DNA of 64,000 bases from Dehalococcoidia bacterium (GTDB lineage: Bacteria; Chloroflexota; Dehalococcoidia; GIF9; AB-539-J10). The position numbers and the translations under genes are program-made. Shown here in pieces: positions 38,149 through 46,847 of this stretch. Positions within the stretch are counted from its first letter, which is position 1; each line of letters opens with the position of its first letter. The stretch covers positions 63,843 to 127,842 of the forward strand of contig JAUVZB010000001.1 in the NCBI GenBank assembly GCA_030602785.1. Direction: 5' to 3'. The notes beneath the pieces were generated by a model, which was given only the letters and a program-made list of their open reading frames with translations, did no database searches and was not told the origin of the DNA.

Positions 38149-39267
38149 CTAGGGCTTGGCCCAGGTGCCTTGGATCTGCTCCTGGAAGCCGAAGTAGGAT
38201 GCCAGAATCTCGGCAGCGAACGGGTCATCGGCTGCCTTGTTCGCATAGAACTCCGCAGCAGCGACGCCGTACTCCTCCACTAAGGCATCCGGCAATCTGC
38301 GGACGTCCGTGCCGTAGTCACGGAAGTGATCGAGCGCTTCGAGGTCCAGTCTGAGGAGCTCGGAATACGCCCTGATGGTCTCCGCCTGGTTCACCTCGGA
38401 TACAATCACCTTGAGGTCGTCGGGAAGCTCGGCCCATCGGGCCGCGTTCACGATGAAGGGATTGTACTCATAGGGTTGTCGAGCTCCGGACAGCCACAGG
38501 TAGTCGCCAACTTCGTTGAGACCGAGGTCCCAGTTCAGCGTCGGGCTGGCGCACTCGAAGGCATCGATGACGCCACGGTGCATGGACTCGAAAATCTCGC
38601 CTGCGGGCATCATGACCGGGCCGGCACCGAGCATGCCAAGAATCTCCGCGCCGTCACCGGCGCCTCGAATCTTCAGACCCTTGAGGTCACCCGCCTTCTT
38701 CAGTTCCTTGTTGGTCTGCAGGAATATCTCAGGGGGGCCCATCCAACCACCATCGCGGACGATATGGACATCGTAGCCTGCAATCATCTCATCGGCGAAC
38801 TCAGCGCCGCCACCCTCGCGGAACCAGATCAACGCCTCCATCGGGGACATGCCGCCCGACACCATGGTCATCATTCCGGCCGTGGGGAACTTGTCCATCC
38901 AGTACATGTAGCAGGTCACGGCAAAGTCCAGCACGCCGGAGTCGACCGCGTCGAACTCCTTGGATGCAGGCGCAATACCACCACCGACCTCAACCACCAT
39001 CTTCAGGCGACCGCCGCTCGCAGCCTCAATCTGCTCCCCCACCCTCTTCAGTGAAGCATGCTGCTGCGTGATGCCGCCGGCATGGGACTGTCCCACCCAC
39101 TCAAAGACTTCCTCCGTGGGGGCAGCCGGGGCAGCCTCTTCCTCCTCCTCCTCAGGTGCTGGCGCTTCCTCTTCAGGAGCGGGCTCCGCTTCTGGAGCAC
39201 AGCCAACAATCAGCAAGCTGACTATCGCGAGCGCGCCAATCAGGGTCCAGACAGATTTCTTGCTCAC
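38149..39267 (-). CDS. dctP: TRAP transporter DctP-family substrate-binding lipoprotein (copy 2)
   Basis: Lipobox LLIVGC plus an APEAEPAPEEEAPAPEEEEEE linker, then a DctP fold. Confidence 0.85.
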   Translation of the reverse strand: MSKKSVWTLIGALAIVSLLIVGCAPEAEPAPEEEAPAPEEEEEEAAPAAPTEEVFEWVGQSHAGGITQQHASLKRVGEQIEAASGGRLKMVVEVGGGIAPASKEFDAVDSGVLDFAVTCYMYWMDKFPTAGMMTMVSGGMSPMEALIWFREGGGAEFADEMIAGYDVHIVRDGGWMGPPEIFLQTNKELKKAGDLKGLKIRGAGDGAEILGMLGAGPVMMPAGEIFESMHRGVIDAFECASPTLNWDLGLNEVGDYLWLSGARQPYEYNPFIVNAARWAELPDDLKVIVSEVNQAETIRAYSELLRLDLEALDHFRDYGTDVRRLPDALVEEYGVAAAEFYANKAADDPFAAEILASYFGFQEQIQGTWAKP

Positions 39268-39296
39268 CTTTCACCTCCTATTATGATTCGAAACAT

Positions 39297-39318
39297 ACGT
39301 GTGCTGGTCGAACACACG
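39297..39318. promoter_or_regulatory. inverted repeat ACGTGTGctggtcgaaCACACG in the TRAP-2 leader (candidate operator or leader hairpin)
   Basis: 6-7-bp perfect arms with a 9-nt spacer, between the predicted promoter and the dctP-2 start. The TRAP-1 leader has an analogous GGCGAAT...ATTCGCC repeat. Confidence 0.3.
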
Positions 39319-39367
39319 GGACAATTCCAAGAGGTCCGTCCCACAAATGCGACCTCCCCCGCAGGAG

Positions 39368-39397
39368 AGTATACGAATCGTCCAACGCGAAAGTCAA
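39368..39397 (-). promoter_or_regulatory. sigma70-like promoter for TRAP operon 2: -35 TTGACT, 18-bp spacer, -10 TATACT
   Basis: Read on the reverse complement. Parallels the TRAP-1 promoter. Confidence 0.4.
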
Positions 39398-39600
39398 TAC
39401 TGCGTATGAACGGCCTCATCGCTTTCCAAGACCGCCTGGACCACGAACGTCCCCGCCGACTGCTGAACTATCTCCCTCTGCCAGCCGAGGAGATTTCTTC
39501 CCCGTAGCGTTTCAGTCATGCCTGCTTCACTCATGGGTCGAACGGCAGTAACACCGCGAGTGGCGCTTTCACAGGCTCCTCACCAGTGAATCCGCATGCA

Positions 39601-40863
39601 CTACCCGTCCAGCAGTGGCAGGACAAGTGGTCCATCGGGGATGACGGCGATCTCGGCATCATCGCCCAATCGCCGCAGGGCCATGGCAACCGCCTCATCC
39701 ATGTCATGGACCGGCTCAAGCTGCATGCTGCGAACCAGTTCGTCATCAAGCTCCGAAAGCAGCATCACCTGGTTCCGAAGCTGGATGCGAGCCAGTACCT
39801 GGTTCTGCCACTGGACACCGATGGGCTCCTCTCTGCGTATTCTCTGCAGGACATCAATCGGGCCTGTGCATGACTGGTGCAATTCCAGGAACGACTCCGG
39901 ACCGGCGCCGCTGGAGCAGGAAGAAGCCGCGATAACGATGCCGCCGTCTCGCGTCACGAGGGACGCAGTGTCCATGCCCTTGACCGTCTGGTACAGATCA
40001 AGATCGAGAGGCGCGCCGCTATTCGTCGTGATGGCGATGTCTACCCTGTGTTTGACCTTTGCACCTACGACGCCGCGCGCGGCTTCGCAGCCTGCCTCGT
40101 GTGCCGTAACCATGTCCCCTGCGAATACGTTGGTGATTTCCTTCTTGTCATTGAGGAGAACAGTGACGACGAAATCGAGGCCTGCCATCCTGGCCTGCTC
40201 AACCATGTCCTCATGAATGGGGTTTCCCTGCAATACACCCGCACGTGCACGGGGGTGCTCAATCATGCGGTAGCCGTGGTTCACATAGGCCGACTTCAGG
40301 CCGAATACGCCCGGAGCGATGCTCTTGCGGCCGCCGGAGAACCCTGCGAAGAAGTGAGGTTCTATGAACCCCGTGGACAGCCGGAAATCAGCCTCTACCA
40401 CTAGCGGGTTGATGTCTACCGGCGCGCCACGGGAAGTTACGCCGATGTTCACCACTTTCGAGGGGTCATGGTTGACAACCCGGTACTGTGTCACGATGTC
40501 ATCGCCGAGGAGGCGACGCAGTTCTTCCTCTCCGAGAGGGGGATGAAGGCCGAGCGCCACGATGATGGTGATCTGCTCTTTCGGAACAACGCGCTCCAGT
40601 TCCTGCAGAATCGGTGGCAGCAGCCGGTCGTCGGGGCAGGCGCGGGTGTTGTCCGTCACTATGACGACCACGTTGTCCTGCGGCTGCACCGCATCGGCAA
40701 GAGGCTTCTGGCCGAGGGGGTTGCGCAGAGCATCACGCACTGCGCCGGCCTCGTCGTCGATGCCGGCCACGTGATGGGGCTCGAGCACAAACGCAACATT
40801 GCGCTCGGGTACCCTCACCCTCACGGTCGATGAGCCGTACGGCAGCTCAAACTCGACATGCAT
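39601..40863 (-). CDS. larA: LarA-family nickel-pincer-cofactor (NPN)-dependent 2-hydroxyacid racemase/epimerase homolog
   Basis: 420 aa with a DUF2088-type N-terminus. EPHFFAGFSGGRKSIAPG contains the conserved Lys that tethers NPN in lactate racemase. Substrate unknown. Confidence 0.75.
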   Translation of the reverse strand: MHVEFELPYGSSTVRVRVPERNVAFVLEPHHVAGIDDEAGAVRDALRNPLGQKPLADAVQPQDNVVVIVTDNTRACPDDRLLPPILQELERVVPKEQITIIVALGLHPPLGEEELRRLLGDDIVTQYRVVNHDPSKVVNIGVTSRGAPVDINPLVVEADFRLSTGFIEPHFFAGFSGGRKSIAPGVFGLKSAYVNHGYRMIEHPRARAGVLQGNPIHEDMVEQARMAGLDFVVTVLLNDKKEITNVFAGDMVTAHEAGCEAARGVVGAKVKHRVDIAITTNSGAPLDLDLYQTVKGMDTASLVTRDGGIVIAASSCSSGAGPESFLELHQSCTGPIDVLQRIRREEPIGVQWQNQVLARIQLRNQVMLLSELDDELVRSMQLEPVHDMDEAVAMALRRLGDDAEIAVIPDGPLVLPLLDG

Positions 40864-40869
40864 AGAACG

Positions 40870-42240
40870 TCACCTGATTGCCGAGCCGGGATTCAGTATG
40901 TTGTTGGGGTCAAACACCTTCTTGATGCCCCTCATGAGTTCCTCGGACTTGGGGTCCATCATGAGGTCCAGATACTGCAGGCGAATCTTGCCGACACCGT
41001 GCTCTCCCGTAATGACGCCGCCCAGCGCAATAGCTGCCTCGTAGATCTCCTTCTTCACGGCCTCCGCTGTCCCACGCTCGATGAGTTCTTTCAGCATGTA
41101 CGGGTGGAAATTGCCATCCCCCGCATGTGCGATAGTCATGATCTTGGTGTCGTACTTGTCCGCAATCGCGTCGAGCGCGTCCAGCATCCTTCCCAGGCTG
41201 GCCGGTGGCACGGTGACGTCCGAGTCGCCCGCGATTCGAGGTTTCATGGCGGAGTAGATCTCACTGCGGATCTTGAGAATCTCGGCCTGCTCTTCGCGTC
41301 TCTCAGCAATGACCACGTCGATGGCGCCGTGCTCCTGGCACACGTCGGATATCTTCTCGCACTGGAAGTAGATATCGTCTTCGTTAGAGCCGGAGAGAAC
41401 CAGGAGCAGGTGTGAGGAGCCCTTCTCAGCCAGCCACTTCATGCCGAGATTCTCGGCAGAGAGAAGAATGACGTCATGGTCGACGTACTCAATGGCCATC
41501 GGAATGACGCCGCTCTGCAATATCTTGGGCACCGTATTGATGGCGGCGTGCCTGTCGTCATAGGAGACCACGAGAGTCGCCGTCCCCGCGAACTTGGGAT
41601 AGAGGCGCATCACGGCTTTCGTGATGATTCCTAGTATGCCTTCGCTATCGATGAGGAGGTGCATGAGGTCGAGACCCGTGTTGTTCTTCAGCAGCTTGCC
41701 ACCCATCGTCACTATCTCACCCGTCGGCATGACGACTTCGAGCCCCTTCACGTAATTGCGGACGACGCCGTACTTGACCGCCCGGGTTCCGCCGGCGTTG
41801 CACGCAATCATCCCGCCTACCTGTGCGCCCTCGTCACCCGGGTGCGGCGGAAACAGCAGATTGGCATCTTCCACAGCGGCGAGCAGGTCGCCCAGCGTCA
41901 CTCCGGCCTGCGCTGTGACCATCAGGTTCTCCTTGTCTACCTCCTCGACCTTGTCGAAGCGCTCCATGGAGAGGACTATGCCGTCCTGCGTCGGCATTGC
42001 GCCGCAGCAAAGGCCCGTGCCCGCACCACGTGGGTAGACCGGTGTCTTGTCGCGGTTCGCCAGCTTGAGGATTTCCGATATCTCCTGGGCCGTGCCTGGC
42101 TTCACTACCACAACGTGCTCGGCCGGGGTAAGCCGCTGATACGGTGTCGTCTCGTCGTACAGGTAGGTCTCCATCTGCTCGCGTTCGGTGACAACCCAGT
42201 CAGCACCAACTATTGCCCTCAGTCCTTCAACGTCAGTCAT
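40870..42240 (-). CDS. FAD-linked oxidase, GlcD/D-lactate dehydrogenase family (paralog 1)
   Basis: 456 aa. FAD-binding PCMH domain (VVVKPGTAQEISEILKLA...PRGAGTG) and C-terminal ...GEHGVGKIR.... Confidence 0.85.
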   Translation of the reverse strand: MTDVEGLRAIVGADWVVTEREQMETYLYDETTPYQRLTPAEHVVVVKPGTAQEISEILKLANRDKTPVYPRGAGTGLCCGAMPTQDGIVLSMERFDKVEEVDKENLMVTAQAGVTLGDLLAAVEDANLLFPPHPGDEGAQVGGMIACNAGGTRAVKYGVVRNYVKGLEVVMPTGEIVTMGGKLLKNNTGLDLMHLLIDSEGILGIITKAVMRLYPKFAGTATLVVSYDDRHAAINTVPKILQSGVIPMAIEYVDHDVILLSAENLGMKWLAEKGSSHLLLVLSGSNEDDIYFQCEKISDVCQEHGAIDVVIAERREEQAEILKIRSEIYSAMKPRIAGDSDVTVPPASLGRMLDALDAIADKYDTKIMTIAHAGDGNFHPYMLKELIERGTAEAVKKEIYEAAIALGGVITGEHGVGKIRLQYLDLMMDPKSEELMRGIKKVFDPNNILNPGSAIR

Positions 42241-42303
42241 GGTTCTTTGCTCCTCCTCGCTCGTTTGCTTGTCGACTCTTCGCCCTTGCGGCCGGCTCGG
42301 CTG

Positions 42304-43674
42304 TCACTTGATGGCAGAGTCCGGACTCAGCACGTTGTTCGGGTCAAACAGGTGCTTCAATCCTCGCATCAGGTCAAGGGATTTCGCATCGAGGCACATC
42401 TCGAGTTCCTGTAGCTTCGTTTTCCCGATGCCGTGTTCGCCGCTGATGACACCACCCATCTCCACTGCCCTGGCGTAGATTCTCCGCTTCACTTCTTTCT
42501 CGACCCCCCTCTCCTTCAGCTCGAGCATGAGATGTGGGTGAAAGTTGCCGTCGCCGGCATGGGCAACCATGGGTATCTTGGTGTCGTACTCCGCGCCCAG
42601 CCGGTCAATCTCATCCATCAGGTCACCGATAGCCGCGGGAGGCACCGTCACATCCAGAATCTCAGCGGTCCGCGCCTTGTACGTCATGCTCGTCTCGCTC
42701 CTGACGTGCAGGATGTGGGCCTGTTCCTCCCTGCTTTCGGCCATCAGGGTGTCGACAGAGCCGTTCTTCTCACAAATCTCCGAGATCTTCTCGCACTGCT
42801 CGTAAACATCGTCTTCGTTAGTTCCAGTCACGATGATGATGAGATGCGCAACGCCTTTCGTAGCCGGCCATGTCGTGCCGAGGTAGCTGGCTGTGGCCTC
42901 CATGAGGTCATGGTCCACGTATTCCACCGCCATCGGGATTACTCCGCTCTGCAGTATCTTCGGCACACTGCGCATAGCGGCATGACGGTCATCGAATGAA
43001 ATCACGAGCGTCGCGGGGCCCGCAAACTTCGGATACAGACGCAGTATAGCCTTGGTGATGATACCAAGTATGCCCTCGCTGTCGATAATCAGCTGCATGA
43101 GGTCAAGCCCCGTGTTGTTCTTCAGCAGTTTCCCGCCCATGGTGACGATTTCGCCAGTGGGAAGTAGAACTTCCAGCCCCTTCACATAGTTGCGCACAAC
43201 TCCATACTTCACAGCCCTGGTGCCTCCAGCATTGCAGGCGATAAGACCTCCGACCTGGGCGCCCTCGTCACCGGGATGTGGCGGGAAGAGCAGTTCCGCC
43301 GATTCGACAGACTGCAGCAGTTGCGACAGCGTGACGCCGGCCTGCACGACCGCCATCAGGTTCTCCTTGTCGATCTCCTCTACCTTGTCCAGGCGTTCCA
43401 TTGACAGAACGACGCCGTCGCGTGTCGGTATGGCGCCGGCGCAGACTCCGGTGCCGCCACCGCGAGGATACACGGGGAAGCCTTCCTCGTTTGCCAGCCG
43501 CATTACCTGCGAGATCTCCTGCGCATTCGCCGGTTTCACGACAACTACGTTGTCTGCCGGCGTCATGATGAGGCCTGTGTATGTCTCGTCAATCAGGTAA
43601 CTCTCCATCTGCTGGCGATCCGTGACAACCCAGTCCTCCCCCACTATTGACTTCAGCTTCGATATGTCGAACAT
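42304..43674 (-). CDS. FAD-linked oxidase, GlcD/D-lactate dehydrogenase family (paralog 2)
   Basis: 456 aa, roughly 75% identical to paralog 1 by eye. Confidence 0.85.
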   Translation of the reverse strand: MFDISKLKSIVGEDWVVTDRQQMESYLIDETYTGLIMTPADNVVVVKPANAQEISQVMRLANEEGFPVYPRGGGTGVCAGAIPTRDGVVLSMERLDKVEEIDKENLMAVVQAGVTLSQLLQSVESAELLFPPHPGDEGAQVGGLIACNAGGTRAVKYGVVRNYVKGLEVLLPTGEIVTMGGKLLKNNTGLDLMQLIIDSEGILGIITKAILRLYPKFAGPATLVISFDDRHAAMRSVPKILQSGVIPMAVEYVDHDLMEATASYLGTTWPATKGVAHLIIIVTGTNEDDVYEQCEKISEICEKNGSVDTLMAESREEQAHILHVRSETSMTYKARTAEILDVTVPPAAIGDLMDEIDRLGAEYDTKIPMVAHAGDGNFHPHLMLELKERGVEKEVKRRIYARAVEMGGVISGEHGIGKTKLQELEMCLDAKSLDLMRGLKHLFDPNNVLSPDSAIK

Positions 43675-43701
43675 GTGGTCAGATCACTCCTTGCGGCCCT
43701 C

Positions 43702-44859
43702 TCAGATAGTCGGCCCAACTGTGTAGATGTTACAGTTGACGCCCGACCCGTCGTAGTCAAGTATCTCTGCCTTCACTTCTTCACCCGAGAACACCTGCAG
43801 AACGCTCTCATACACGCGCCTCCCTGCGTCCTCCACGGTCTCACTGCCTGTGATTATGCCGCTCACATCGATGTCGATGTATTCGGCAAGGCGCGTGCAG
43901 GTGAGTTCATTTCCAGATATCTTGATCACGGGGCTGAGTGGGAAACCCTGTGGGGCGCCGATTCCAGTTGAGAACAACATCACCTGGCAGCCCACTGAAG
44001 CCAGTCCTGTCAGGAATTCCATCTCGCGACCCGGCGAGTCCATGAAGTATAGACCCTGTCCACCGGGCCGCTCTCCGTATTTTACGACACCGTCTATGGG
44101 CAGTGTCCCCGACTTTACTATCGCTCCCAGAGACTTCTCTTCGATAGTGGTCAGCCCGCCTCTGATATTTCCTTCGGTAGGCTGTCCACCGCGCATGTCT
44201 ACACCCATTGCGTTGACACGATGCTCCATAGCTGTCACACATCCCAGCAATTTGTCGGCCACCTCAGGGCTTGACGCCCTCTTGACGAGGATGTGCTCTG
44301 CGCCAATGACCTCCGTGGTCTCCCCGAAGACAACCATCGCGCCGGCACGAACAAGCATATCAACCGCGGCGCCGGCTGCGGTATTGGAGGCCAGGCCGGA
44401 GGTGGTGTCAGAGGCGCCGCACTTGACGCCGACAATGAGGTCCGACAGCGATATTTCACACCGCTCAGCCTGCACCGTTTTCGCGAGCCGCCTTGCAGCC
44501 TCAATCCCGCTTTCTACAGCTACGGTGATGCCACCCATTGCCTGAACGCGGATAAGCTCCACAGGCTTGTCCTGCCGCTCGACGGCCACAATCTCGTCCG
44601 CGTTGACCGACTCGCAACCGAGGCTGACCAGCACAACTGCCGCGACGTTCGGATTGCGGCACAATCCGATGAGAACGTCCGTCACTATCCTCACATCCGT
44701 CGGCAACTGGCAGCATCCCTGATGGTGCAGCATCGGCCGTGCACCGTCTACCGCAGCCCCTATCCTGCGAGCCACCTCATTCACGCAGCCCACGGTGGGC
44801 ACAATCGCGACGTAGTTCCTGGCCCCCGCAGGGCCCTTCTGTCTGCTGTATCCTTGCAT
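43702..44859 (-). CDS. UxaA-family (altronate/galactarate dehydratase C-terminal domain) dehydratase with no N-terminal SAF domain
   Basis: 385 aa, with multiple conserved Cys/Gly blocks of the GD_AH_C type (GCCQLP, SLGCE, KCGASDTTSG). Confidence 0.65.
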   Translation of the reverse strand: MQGYSRQKGPAGARNYVAIVPTVGCVNEVARRIGAAVDGARPMLHHQGCCQLPTDVRIVTDVLIGLCRNPNVAAVVLVSLGCESVNADEIVAVERQDKPVELIRVQAMGGITVAVESGIEAARRLAKTVQAERCEISLSDLIVGVKCGASDTTSGLASNTAAGAAVDMLVRAGAMVVFGETTEVIGAEHILVKRASSPEVADKLLGCVTAMEHRVNAMGVDMRGGQPTEGNIRGGLTTIEEKSLGAIVKSGTLPIDGVVKYGERPGGQGLYFMDSPGREMEFLTGLASVGCQVMLFSTGIGAPQGFPLSPVIKISGNELTCTRLAEYIDIDVSGIITGSETVEDAGRRVYESVLQVFSGEEVKAEILDYDGSGVNCNIYTVGPTI

Positions 44860-44902
44860 CCCCCTCTGTACCTCCTTATCCCAGATTTCTCCGCCGCGCC
44901 GG

Positions 44903-46258
44903 CTATGGCAGTGCAGTGCCCGGATTCAGGATGTCGTTCGGGTCGAACAGCTTCCTGATGCCCTGCATGAGCTCGAGCGATTTGTCGTCAAGGCAGAGCG
45001 GGAGTTCTGCTTTCCTGATCTTGCCCACGCCGTGCTCCGCCGTGATAGTTCCACCCATTCTGGCCGCCTCTACGTATATGTCGTGTTTCACGTCATTGAG
45101 CACGCCTCGCTCATAGAGTTCCAATGGAATGTGCGGATGTATGTTTCCGTCACCTGCATGGCCGTAGGTGATGATGCGTGTCTGGTACTTCTGAGAAATG
45201 TCATCCAGTACGTCGAGGAAATTCGCGATTTCGGCCGGAGGTACGGCCATATCCAGGACGTCGGCCACCTGCGGCTTCAGCGCCGGATAGAGCTCGCTTC
45301 GAATCTTGAGGATGTTCGCCTGCTCCTCTCGCGTGTCGGCCATAAGGGTGTCTACCGCGTTGAGCCCCTCGCATACCTTGATTACGGTAGCCGCCTGAGA
45401 ATAGACATCGTCCTCATTGCTGCCGGTCACGATGACAATCAGATGCGCCATACCCTTCTCCGCAGGCCAACGCTTTCCGAGATGGTCCGCCGAAATCTGA
45501 ATCACATCGCGCTCAACATACTCCAGCGCGAGCGGGATGACACCCGTCTGCAGTATTTTCGGGACGGCCTTGATGGCGGAATGCCTGTCGTCGAACGACA
45601 CTATCAGGGTGGCCGACGCCGCGAAACACGGGTAGAGCCTGAAGATGACCTTCGTTACGATGCCAAGTATGCCCTCGCTGTCAATCATCAGATGCATCAG
45701 GTCGAGCCCGGTATTGTTTTTGAGGAGCTTGCCCCCCATTGTCACTATCTCACCCGTCGGCATGACGACTTCGAGCCCTTTCACGTAGTTGCGCACCACG
45801 CCGTACTTCACCGCGCGCGTGCCGCCGGCGTTGCAGACGACCAGTCCGCCGAGTTGCGCACCCTCATCGCCAGGATGGGGAGGAAAGAGCAGGTCAGCCT
45901 CCTCGACTTCCTTCAACATCTTCTCGAGCGTCGCGCCTGCTTCGGCCACCACCATGAGGTTCTCCTTGTCGACCTCGATAATCCTGTCGAGTCGTTCCAT
46001 CGAGAGAACGATGCCGGGAATAGTAGGCACCGCACCACCGACACAGCCTGTGCCCCCCCTGGGAAACACCGGGATTCGGTGCTCGTTCGCTAGTCTCAGT
46101 ACGCTGGAAATCTCTCAGGGGTTGGCCGGTTTCACAACCACGACATCGGAAGCGGGTTTCGGCCGAACCGGAAGGGCGGTCACATCCGTCAGGTAGCTCT
46201 CCATGAGCGCCAGGTCGGTCAGCACCCAATCCTCGCCGACGATTTCCTTCAGGTTCAT
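44903..46258 (-). pseudogene. GlcD-like FAD oxidase paralog 3, interrupted by an in-frame TGA at 46117..46115
   Basis: My translation from the ATG at 46258: MNLKEIVGEDWVLTDLALMESYLTDVTALPVRPKPASDVVVVKPANP*EISSVLRLANEHRIPVFPRGGTGC... The TGA sits exactly where paralogs 1 and 2 have Gln (KPANAQEIS). The downstream 388-aa frame (ORF track 44903-46069) is intact and conserved. Confidence 0.6.
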
Positions 46259-46847
46259 TACCAGTTCGTTCTGCATCTTGCCTCCCGATTGTAGTTTACA
46301 CGCGGCGCAACGCTATTCCGCGGCGCGGACTGATTGCAGGATGGTGCCGGGGGCCTGTGATGTGTGGGGCACTCTCGGGGAGCGCACCTGACCGAGAGGG
46401 CGCGTGTAGCAACTGCGATTGGCTGCTCACCCAGCAGAGCCAGGCCGCTGACCGGCGACGCGGGGCCGCAAATCGCTCGACGCCTACGCAGTGGCCTGCT
46501 GGGTGTCGGTTTCCAGTATCTCACTCCATCATTGCCCGATACGTGGCGAACCTGCATAACGCGGCAACCCCCCAAGGCCAACCTTTCGTCGGGAGCAACG
46601 ACCACCGTGTCCCTGAAGCATCAGTAACGCTGTCGCGGCAAGGCGCCCTGAGCCGGACGACCTCTTGCGAAACTGAGTCAAATCATGCCAAACCGGCAGC
46701 ACGGCAGGCAACAAAGCCGAACAATTGTACACGTTGCCGGGCGCACACGGTAGTCTCCTGTGAGACAGCCGGTGACCCGCCAGGATTGCCCTCAGATGTT
46801 CTTGACGCTTCGAAAGGGGCGATGCTAAGCTAGCCGCAACCTTCGAT

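Noticed and set aside
44903-46258. The in-frame TGA as selenocysteine or an alternative genetic code (UGA=Gly/Trp)
   Set aside because: TGA terminates several ordinary genes in this window (cdsA, ispG, pgk, purE, nfeD, hisG), I recognised no SECIS-like hairpin, and Sec at a conserved Gln position is implausible.
46500-46800. Possible ZTP (pfl) riboswitch upstream of guaA
   Set aside because: I saw loose matches to the 5' subdomain (UGGCGAAC ... CACCGUG) but no convincing 3' CCGCCUGGGCA pseudoknot element or supporting stems. The spacing is also atypical.
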